Part shown: one piece after another, positions 40,902-52,947 of the stretch
Position numbering within the stretch: the stretch's first letter is position 1
Layout: the number at the start of each line of letters is the position of its first letter
Source: the human T2T-CHM13v2.0 reference genome, Homo sapiens
Length of the DNA: 64,000 nt
Strand: one strand, 5' to 3'
Assembly (NCBI RefSeq): GCF_009914755.1
Contig: NC_060930.1
Notes under the pieces: model-generated
Databases searched by the model: none
What the model was told of the DNA's origin: nothing
What the model saw: the letters and a program-made list of their open reading frames with translations, nothing else
Program-made: the position numbers and the translations under genes

Positions 40902-41735
40902 AGATACCACTATGGAACTACTATAATGGCCAAAATCCAAAACACTGACAACACTAAATGCTGGCAAGGATATGGAGCAACAGGAATTCTCATTCAATGC
41001 TGGGAATGCAAAATGGTACAGCCATTTTGGAAGAAAATGTGGAAGTTTCTTACAAAACTAAACATATTCTTACTACACAACCCAGAAATCTTACTTTCTG
41101 GTATTTATTCAAAGGTGTTGAAAACTTATTTTCATGTAAAAATGTGGTGTTTATAGAAACTTTATTCATAATTGCCAAAACTTAGAAATAACCAAGATGC
41201 CCTTTTGTAGGTAAATGGATAAATAAATGGTGGTATATCCAGACAATGTAATATTATTCAGTGCTAAAAATACACGAGCTATCAAGCCATGGAGGAATCT
41301 TAAGTGCCCATTACTAAATGAAAGAAGCCAATCTGAAAAGCCAACATACAGTATGATTCCAATTATATGACATTTCTGAAGAAGCAAAACTTGAGAGAGA
41401 AGAAAGATCAGTGGTTGTCACAGCTTGAAAAAAGAAAGGAATAAATAGGCCATGCCTAGAAGATTTTTAGGGTAGTGAAACTATTTTGTATGTTACTATA
41501 ATGGTAGACACATGTCATTACACATTTATCAAAACCCATAAATCCTAATGTAATCAATGAATTGGGTGATGATGATGTGGCAATGTAAGTTCATCTATTG
41601 TAACACATGTACAACATTGGTGGGGGATGTTGATACTGGGAGAGCCTGGTGGGAGTGGAGGGAAGGCGTGTATGAGAACTTTCTGTACAAGTTTGTGGTG
41701 AATCTAAATCTACTCTAAATCTATTTTAAAAGTAA
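40902..41735 (+). mobile_element. L1MC1/2-like 3' end
   Basis: ATGGCCAAAATCCAAAACACTGACAACACTAAATGCTGGCAAGGAT...CATGTCATTACACATTTATCAAAACCCATA...GGTGGGGGATGTTGATA diagnostic of L1MC. Confidence 0.8.
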
Positions 41736-42165
41736 ATAACAGATGGCAATAAATGCATTTTGGCAAGAAAATCAGTGATGCTGATAATGTTGGTAAAGCT
41801 AATGCAGCAATTTTTAAATATATATGCAGTCCCCAAAAGTTATTATATCCTTCTGGAAAACTGCCTTATTTCAGATTAAATGCAACTCTTGCTTGATTCT
41901 TCTCTCCATCTTTAGAAAACTTAATTTAAAAAAAAAGCCTTTATAACCCCCAAGAACTATGACCATTTCCTCCCACTGTTTCCTGTCCTGCTGTAGTCAA
42001 AGCCATGCCTTATGCATTTTAAATGAAGCTATTATACTAACCTGGAAAGTGCAAGATGGATTTATGATGAATATACAAGATTTCTAATTACATATAATGA
42101 AGGGTGGAATGGTATTTTATTAAATTTCCTATTTACTTGATGATATAAAGAAAAAGAGCTGCTTT

Positions 42166-43725
<1,560 letters not shown>

Positions 43726-43741
43726 AAAAGGGGCTGCTTTA

Positions 43742-45046
43742 AAAATTGATAAATAAACATTGTATACATGTATCATGTACATGTTGTTTTGAAATATATA
43801 TAAATTGTTGAATGGCTAAATTGAGATAATTCATATGTGCATTTTCTCATATTGTTGTCATTTTTTGTGATAAGAAAATCTAATATCTGCTTTTCCAGTA
43901 ATTTCAAGAATAAAACACATTGTTACTAACTACAGTCAACACATCATACAGCACATCTCTTTAGCTTACTCCTCTTATCTAATATTTTAGGTTCTTTGAC
44001 CATCATCTCCCCAGTCCGTCCTTTCTCTACTTCCTAGCCCCTGGTAATCACCATTCATTTCTCTGAGTTCAACTTTTTTAGATTCCACATATGAGTGAAA
44101 ACATGTGGTATTTGTCTTACTGTGTCTGACTTACCTCACTTAACATAATGTCCTCTAGGATAATCTATGTTGTTTCAAGTGGCAGGAATTCCTTCCTTTT
44201 TTAAGGCTGAATAGTTGTGTATATGTACCATATTTTCTTTATCCATCTATACATCGATTGATACTTAGGTTAATTCCGTATCTTGGCTATTGTGAATAAT
44301 GTTGCAATAAGTATAGAAGTGCAGATATATACTGAATTAATGTCCTTTGGCTATATATCTAGTAGTGGGGTTGCTGGATCATTTGAACTCTCTATTTTCA
44401 ATTTTTTGAGGACCCTCCATACTGTTTTCCATAATGGCTGTACTAATTTACACTCCCAGCAGTGTACAGGAGTTCCCTTTCCCCCACATCCTCACCAACA
44501 CTTATCTTTCATCGTTATGATGTAGTTATTCTAAATAGGTGTGAGGTGATATCTCACTGTGATTTTCATTTGCATTTCTCCAATGATTAGTAATTTTTAG
44601 CATTTTTCCCCTACCTGTTGTCCATTTGTATGTCTTCTTTTGAAAAATGTCTGTTCAGATCCTTTGATCATTTTTTAATGGTTTGTTTTCTTAAGATTGA
44701 GTTGTTTGAGTTCTTTATGTTGGATATAAACTCCTTAACAGATGCCTGGTTTGCAAATATTTTCTCCCATCCAATAGGTTGTCTCTTCACTCATTTGTTT
44801 TCTTTGCTTTGCAGAAGCTTTTTAGTTTGATGTCATCAAATTTGTCTATTTTTTTATTTGTCTATTTTTTAATATTGTTGCTTATGCTTTTAGGATCACA
44901 TCCAAAAGAAATAATTGCCCAATATCACTGCCATGGAGACTTCCCCTATGTTTTCTTTTAGTAGTTCTATAGCTTTTGGTTGTACATTTAGGTCTTTAAT
45001 CTACTTTGATTTGTGTTTTCTATATCATGTGACATAAAGGTCTAAT
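43742..45046 (-). mobile_element. L1MA6-like 3' fragment
   Basis: ATTGATAAATAAACATTGTATAC...GAATGGCTAAATTGAGATAATT...TTTTTAGATTCCACATATGAGTGA, followed by antisense ORF2 C-terminus. Confidence 0.85.
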
Positions 45047-47529
45047 TCAACAAAAAGTTTCTAACAATATTCTTATTATTAGAGGCTACCACTTCCCCCC
45101 AACACAGACTGATTTGAATAGAGAAATAGTAAAATTAGAGAAGAGGCATACAGAGAGGGAAATGAGAAAACTAAAAAAAAAAAAAATCAATAAAATACAT
45201 TTTATTTTACCTCTATATTAAATATACTTTAATCATTGATAATTCACATGCACTTTAGATTCCTATAGTGCATGAATATCATAATTTTGAACGTCAGTTA
45301 TTATACTATAGATGTTCAGAATTATTGGCTAATGCAATAGACAAAATTATAATCAGACCAGGTTTTACTCTAACCTTAGTCTGTTTCTCAAAACCACGGG
45401 TTGAAATTGTAAAATATAACCTACTGATGATGACATGAGGCTACCACTGGTAATACTCTAATATTTTTCTTGAAAAAGAGTCAGATTAATTAAGCATAAG
45501 AAGAGTTATCTTTTGATACGTAAAAACTCACGAACTTAGAAGAAACATATATGAAAGATTGGGTACTTAAAATTATAAATTGTTTGGTATTATATTGATC
45601 TATTCACTATCTAATGGCATAATCAGCTAGGAATAATCATTAGATGCTCACTGAAGAACAATTAGAACCTCATGCCCTGTGTTGTTGTTGCTAAAGGGGT
45701 ACTATCAAAGTATTGCAGTGATGTCTTTTCTCCATAACATTACTTGATCTGTCCCAACTTTAAGAATATTTTTTAATATTTAGCCAAAAATTTTTCATTT
45801 GAAATGTATTAAATTTTAGAATAAATCTGGTGGGGAAATAATTTTTATATATTTTGATTATCCTGTGTGAAACTTTCAATGTATCTATACAAATTTAGTG
45901 ATAATTGTAATAAATAAGGACCTTAAACCATAGCAATAGAATCTCCCGTAGGATTATAGGAATTGTTTCCCTTAAAATCCTTCATTAAATGAGTCAAACC
46001 AAAAAGAGGGTAGAAAATAAAATATGGTAACAATTAATTTTTAAGGTGGTTTTATTAACTGAGGAACAATCACTGTACTGAACCATCTAATACAATTTAT
46101 GCCTTAAAGTACAATTAGCAAACAAATAATTGGTCATTATACATTTCTTTAATCTGATGTGACTTCTTTCAGTACCTTGGGAATGAGAATTCCAAACATT
46201 AATTATACCGTAAAAATAGAACACGCTGTTCCTATTCATTTCTGAAAATATAAAATAGCAACTTAAAAATCACATTTTAATATGTTTGTGCGTGTGCTGT
46301 TTTTCATTTCGGTTTGATTGGGAACACAATGATAGAAATATTTTCCCTTAATCTGGGAATTGCTACTCTCTTTAGCCCATCTACGAGTTTATACAAGAGT
46401 GCTGTGATATTTTTAGTTCTCTTCCCCTCCTACCACTATTGATGTATAGTGGGGTATGGATCTGGTTCAAACTTGGCTAAACAAAGCTTTTTTCTCTCTC
46501 TTTTTTTTAACTTTGGACACTGGAAGCACACACACCAGTAAGTTCCTCTTATTTTGTATTGAGAATTGCAAAAATTGAAACACGCAGGATGTTGACAACA
46601 ATATTTTTTGGTTGATAGAGTAATACACTTTGCAACCATAAAATATAGCCAACATACAGGCAGGAAAAAGCATAGATGGTTAGCTGGGGTTTGGGTTGAG
46701 ATGGGGGGCGTGAAAGAGAGAGATTATGAGAAACAAACCTTGTATTGGAAATCCATTGAATCTTGGCTCTCCACATGACTTTATCATTCCTAGTATTAAA
46801 TGAGACAACTTAGTATCATCCCACGTTTCTCATTTTGCCCAAGGTATTTAGACCTTAATTTCTTGTATCTTTAATAACCAAGAGCTCTAATTAATACTGA
46901 TGATTTTTGTAGCTTTTTGGATTTTCTTTATAATCATTATCACTTTGAATTTTAAGTGATTTTAAACTTGATGATTTTAAGTTTGATTGCAGCATAATTA
47001 ACATGAGAATGTTTCTTCTCTTCTCGTTATTTTTCTCATTCTTCCTCTTTGCCACTCAGTAACCCAGTTATTTGTGATAGGAAATAAGAATTATTTAGAG
47101 ACAGGAAGAAGGTAGGAGATTTGACCAGTGTCATTGGTTAAATCCACCTAATGACAACCTAACAATGGAGACATGTGAGGAGCATACAAAGATACTCTTG
47201 GCTGAAGTTTTGGAAAAAAGTTTGAGATTTTGGTAAGCAAGAGGTTGTGAGCTGTTAAAAGATGAGAAAAATTTAGGAGCAAAGGAAGAGATTAGTGAAG
47301 TTATGCTGAAAGTTATAAAATGTTTCCCATTTAAAATTAATTATAATTTAATTAATTGAAATAATTTATAGATTTAACTTATATACAAACATATGATTTA
47401 ACTTATATACAAATGTATAACATCCATAAATGTACATGCCATATAAATCATTGCATGTGACTCGTACTCTCTTATGTCTCTGTAAGCCTTTATGGTGTCC
47501 TACGTACTTCCAGCTGTTTTGCCCAATTA

Positions 47530-47690
47530 AATTTTAAGAACATTTTGTGAAGTACAGTAATACAGTTCATCATTATCACCATTTTAGAAAAATCAGCACC
47601 TAAAAATTTAGAAACTCTGAAAGATTACCCAAAGTTCAATTCAGTTTTTCTCACTATGAATTCAGAGTTCTTTCTACCATACTGCATTGA
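47530..47690 (-). mobile_element. MIR fragment
   Basis: ATCATTATCACCATTTTAGAAAAAT...GATTACCCAAAGT...CAGAGTTCTTTCTACCATACTGCATTG. Confidence 0.5.
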
Positions 47691-48987
47691 CCTTTTTCTA
47701 GTGTTCTCATCATACCAGAGACATCTGTGGCAAAAGAAGTTAGATTTTGCTTCAGTGTTTTTATAATTCATTTAAACTTAAGAAAATTCATCTTCTGGAC
47801 TCAGCTAGAATCACAACCATATCTAGTGGCAACACTTTATGTTCAAGCCTGAGGTTATTATAAATAATATTTTTATAGACAGATAAATGTTAAATTGCCC
47901 ATAATATGTTTTATAAAACATCCTACCTCTGAATATCTCAAGGTGAGTCATCCTTTGAACCCATTGCAGATTCTTTTGACTTGAGAAGTCTCCATAGCCT
48001 GCCCCTCCAGTCCGCTGCACTGTGCTGTGCTGACGTAACTCTTCTGGAATCTCCAAATTTTATTACACCATTATAATTGAATGATTATTTTTGGTTAAGT
48101 TTAGAAATAAAACAGAGAATCTCTCAAGATTATGATAAGCACAAAAAACTATGCAAACATGAAAGAAGGATTGATGTATCAAGGAAATGGGAAGTGATGG
48201 ATGATATGTCTGGTTTAGGAGTAGTTGCTGAGAGGAAGTGGAGGTGAAGTAAAACTAATTTAAAAAGGAAGGCAAAGTCATACTAAGTAGCATTATGGGT
48301 CTTTAACATGAGCATTATAGTAACTCTGATGTGGGCCAAAATTATATGTCAAATCCCAAAGCCTTCAATTAACAGAAGGGAGTGCCCTGCTTGAGAGCAC
48401 AGGAGAATAATAGAGATGGAGTGTACACTGTCTTCGAGTGCTATCAAATTTTGATTAAGGTATAAATTTTACATCTGATTCAACTGAGGACACATACTTT
48501 TACAGTGATTTTTTTAAAAGTATTCAGCTGAGGTTGACGTATAAGATGCCATAACTAGTATAAATTATCATTAATCAAGTACCAGAGAGGAATTACTTAT
48601 TTCTGCAAGATATGACAGTGAGGTCAGGGTGGTAGACAATCCTGTTGCAAAGGACTACCATGCTTAATAGAGTGGCCAACTGAATCTAATTCTCAGACAA
48701 CAGGGGAATTTTGTTTTTGTAATTGTTCCATGTTCCAAATTTCAATCTCTCCATTTAACTATTGTTAACATATCCTTTCACATGTGCAGCCAAAGATATG
48801 ACTTGAATAAAGTTTGAGAAGCAAAGCAGTTGACAGTACAAGCAGGAATCTCAATGATGCAGGACTTTTAACAACAAACGTAAGCAACAAATGGTTTTAA
48901 AGCATGTTTAAAGAAAGGTTGATCTAATTGAAAACCCAGAATATTATGCTTATTCACTATAGTGGTTGTTAGTGCTATTTGGTGTTA

Positions 48988-49127
48988 CAAGTTGAATATC
49001 CCTATTCCAAAAATCTGATATTCAAAATGTGCCAAAATCTGAGACTGAGGGCTAACATGACTCACAAAGTCAAAAAATGCTCATTACAGCATTTGGGATT
49101 TTGAATTTTCAGATTTTGGATGCTGAA
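48988..49127. mobile_element. Tigger4/MER46-like MITE fragment (internally palindromic)
   Basis: TA|CAAGTTGAATATCCCTATTCCAAAAATCTGATATTCAAAATG ... CATTTGGGATTTTGAATTTTCAGATTTTGGATGCTGAA: inverted arms as in Tigger4a/b. Confidence 0.75.
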
Positions 49128-49311
49128 AAGACTGGCTTCTATAAGGATATTTTACATACTATCTTTATAGATAAACTAAAAAATGCAAATTTAGCTGGGA
49201 TTCTTACACCACAACTATTGTAGTATAAAATTTACTACAGGAATAACTTTAGAACAACTAACCTATTACTTTTTTTAAAAAATGAAATATTCTATCAATC
49301 TTTTTCTGATT

Positions 49312-49735
49312 TAATTCTTTATTAAGTTAAAATTTATGTAACATAAAACTAATCATTTTACAGTATACCGTTCAGTGGCACTTATAAATTCACAATATTT
49401 TGCCACCACCTCCTCTATCATGTTTCAAATCACCCCAGTAGAAAACTCTGTACCCATTAAGTACTCATTCATGCTCCAACCTCTCTTTCCCTGGTCCCCC
49501 AAAAATAACAATCTGCTTTCTGTTTCTGTGGATTTACCTATTCTGGATATTTTTATATACATAAAATCATGCAATATGTTACCTGCATTTAGCATTATGC
49601 TTTTGAGATTCATTCACCTTGTAGCATGTATCAGTACTTCTACTCTTTCATGCCTGAATAATATTTCATCTTCTAGACATAAAATATTGTGTTTATTCAT
49701 ACATTGGTGGACATTTTGGTTGTTTCTACCTTTTG
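49312..49735 (-). mobile_element. L1MB3/4-like 3' end
   Basis: AACTCTGTACCCATTAAG...TCTGCTTTCTGTTTCTGTGGATTTACCTATTCTGGATATTT...GTAGCATGTATCAGTACTTC. Confidence 0.8.
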
Positions 49736-49986
49736 TCTTCTTGTCCATCTTATCTTGCAAATAGTCCTCATCACATTTTCCCCAGGTACTATATAATGTA
49801 TAGTGTATAAAATTAGACAATATAGAAAATCAATGGATGACACATATTGAAACTGAAACTAGGCTAAGTTATATAGTTGGATAGTCAAACCTACTCGCGA
49901 CAAAAACAAAGATCATCAAACAAACAAAAATGCATTGTACTTACACAGCAATGGTAATGTTTGTTTAAACCATACAATCGTACAAA

Positions 49987-50004
49987 CACACACACACACA
50001 CACA
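49987..50004. repeat. (CA)9 microsatellite
   Basis: Direct read. Confidence 0.9.
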
Positions 50005-50676
50005 GCTTCTGGGAAGAAGGCCAACAATTTGGTTAGCCTTCTAGAAAGTGCTACTAGGAATTGAGGGGGATGCCATTCCTGTGGCATGAGAGAGTAACAT
50101 TTGCACCCCTGAAAAGGCTTCCTGAGCCAAATGCTTCCAATAAAGACCAGGTTTCATTTAGAACTAGGAAGCTATCTGCTGGCCATTGATCTACTCAGCT
50201 ACACAGTGGCGAGCACATTCATCATCTTCTTTGGTGATCCCTAATCAACAAGTTACTGATCCCTCTGAGTCTGGAAGTTACTGCAGGGATTGCACCAGGC
50301 AGTCACTGCAAAATGGCTTCTTTAGCAGTAGCAGACATTAATGAGGGCGCTAGAGTGGAAGAACATGGGAGGGCTGCTTATGTCTGAATGTGAGAAAATC
50401 ACCAAAATTCTCTGAAACACCTGAATTAGAAAAAGATTGAATGAGAGGAGGAAATGAGATTGTGGGATATGAAGAATAAATCAGAGTAAGTCAAAGAAGC
50501 ACAACTTGGTACTGTTTATATAACCTCATTTGTAACTACAGAGTTTTGAGTCTTGGAGGGATTAGATTATAAGGTTACACTCCTATTTTGTGAATATGTA
50601 CAAATAATATTATGACGAATAAAAAATTCGTTTAAATGCATCATTGAATTCACAGTATTTTTTTTTCTATTTGCAG

Positions 50677-50829
50677 ATACTAAGCACAACAGCTTATAAG
50701 GATTATCTTTTTTTTTTTCCTGTTAACAAGCGTCCTTCACATTTTAAAAGACTAAGAATCGGAGCACTAATCCTGCTCTTTGCTCAGCCCCATCTGGTAC
50801 TTTTCTCTGGACTTTCTCGATATCCACAG
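50677..50829 (+). other. Candidate exon (153 nt, symmetric, one open frame)
   Basis: Acceptor TTTTTTTTTCTATTTGCAG| and donor CAG|GTAAGG; phase-0 frame open for 51 codons; no recognisable protein homology. Confidence 0.3.
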
Positions 50830-51199
50830 GTAAGGCTGAGTTTCCCTCCTGTTCTGCCCAACATCAAAACTCTTCAAGGAGATTCCAGAGTTTCAGCAAC
50901 AGGTGCTTTACCAGATTTACCCAACTTTTAAGATAGTTCTCACTTGCAAATAGTTCCAATTAGATTCAATCCCTGCTTTCTATTTACCTTGTCCAGGACT
51001 AAGTCCTTCCCGTGAAAAAGTGTACTTCACATTTACGTTAATGAAAACCTATCAGCACTAATTTTTTTTCAAAGAAGACAAACTTTACACATATCCAGTT
51101 GCCTTTTCGATTTCCCTAAAAGTGACATGAAGAACTCTTCTAAAAATATTCTGTTTTTCTAGAAGCTGCAGAGACTAATTTTACCCAAATTTGCCATTG

Positions 51200-51246
51200 A
51201 TATCTCTCTTTCTCTCTGTCTCTATATATAGAAAAAGAAATATGTG

Positions 51247-51278
<32 letters not shown>

Positions 51279-51374
51279 TAGATGTGTATATATGCATATC
51301 TATATATATACACATAGATGTATATCTATGCATATCTATCTATCTATATATATATTTAGAGAGAGAGAGAGAGA
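51200..51374. repeat. Compound (TA)/(CA)/(TCTA)/(GA) microsatellite at the Alu tail position
   Basis: TATATATATA...CACACACATAGATGTGTATATATGCATATC repeated, then (GA)n joining the antisense Alu. Confidence 0.85.
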
Positions 51375-51592
51375 TGGAGTGTACACTGTCTTATAGTGCT
51401 CATGCCTGTGATTGAAGCTACTTGGAAGGCTGAGATGGGAGAATCACAGATCGCTGCAGCCCCGACCTCTCTGGGCTCAGGTGATCCTCCCATCTCAGCT
51501 TCTAAGTAGCTGGAACCACAGACATGAGCCACCGCACTCAGCTAATTTTTTATTTTGTGTAGAGACAGGGTTTTGCCATGTTGCCCAGGCTG
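51370..51592 (-). mobile_element. Truncated, internally rearranged AluJ
   Basis: GCTGCAGCCCCGACCTCTCTGGGCTCAGGTGATCCTCCCATCTCAGC...GTAGAGACAGGGTTTTGCCATGTTGCCCAGGCTG; ~51381-51447 replaced by non-colinear sequence (see findings). Confidence 0.85.
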
Positions 51593-52857
51593 TAAAATCC
51601 TATATAAATTTTAGGAGAAATTTTGGATATAGGTTTGTGTTCCAGGCATAGATATATCCCTGAGAGTTCCTAAAAAATATACGCCCTGGGAAACTACCTT
51701 CAGTTCTCCTAAATCAGCATTTGAGAGAGAAAGTGGTTTCATTCTGTTTTGCTTGCCAGCTGACCAGAAATACAGAATGCCTCCTACTAGACCATTTCCT
51801 GCTCCTGTTTTTTTATCCTTGTTCAATAATAAAAGATCATCACTGTTGAAATCTAAAGCTTAAATGAGTCTCATGTAAGTAAACATAGTACATTCAGGGC
51901 ATCGTTTATATAGAAGTTCTTCAGGAGAAATCTATGAAATGCAAAGATATTAGATTTATTGCCTCTGGCTTTAACCCGGAAGGAGACTATCAGCTACACG
52001 TTGTGCCCAGATCCTTTATAAAGAGTATCTGTGTTGATCAGATATTATCACTCAATCAATTCAAAATTTATGATCAGATTCCCTTTGTAGTTGATTCTTA
52101 TCTTGCTGCTTCTCACTGACAGAGAGTATAGAGAAGAGGACCACTGGTGTACAAAGCAGAGCAACTCTGGAAAGATTTTCCCTACATCACCCTGACAGGA
52201 TCCTAATGGCCACACATTGTTGAAAAGAATAGCACGTCACAAACACCTCATGAATTGCAGGTCTCCCAGATAAAACGAACGTAATGGTAATGGTGTTAGT
52301 GACATCACTAAACTTAAACTTTAAAAGCCTGGACCGTTCTATGAAGTGTCTTATTTTCTCACATTCTTCCAGTTACCTACTATATGGTAAATAATCTCAC
52401 CCAATTTTTCCATAAATCCTTAAATAAAATGGAAGGGAAAAGTGCCAGAAGGGGCTCCTGTCTTCATAAGATACTTCACTTACTTGGTAGTCAGGCATTC
52501 CTTTCCTGCAGAAGCTTGTCTTTCTCTCCTCCATCGGTTTCATTTTCAAATGATATGAAATTTAAATTTCAGAAAGGTAAACTCCAAAGATTAAAAAAGG
52601 CAAATTTTCATATTATTGGAAGTAATGGTTCATTGTAATTGTAGCTGTCTGCCAGAGTAGCACTGCATCTCAGGGGTCGAAAAGATGAGCTCCATATTCA
52701 ACCCTATAGCCATGAGAAAACCCCACGAGAGCCACAGGCATCTTCAAATTCCCAGGAGGCTGTTTTCCTTGTCACTTCAGCTAAGGAGTCCTATATCCAT
52801 GTGAGTTCATTTTTCCATTTGAAGTCTTTACAGCTGTTTCTCTTTCTCTCTCCTTAG

Positions 52858-52947
52858 ACGCTAAAAGATGGAGTGCTTTATGGAGAACCCTACTGGCAAT
52901 GTGCTAAGTAAGCCCTGAGGAAGGAATTTCTAGGAAGGAGAAATGAG
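52858..52947 (+). other. Candidate short exon
   Basis: Strong acceptor GTTTCTCTTTCTCTCTCCTTAG|; donors TAA|GTAAGC after 52907 and GAG|GTAGGT after 52947. Confidence 0.25.

Noticed and set aside
48988-49127. Novel hairpin or pre-miRNA
   Set aside because: The inverted arms are the intrinsic structure of a Tigger4/MER46-type MITE.
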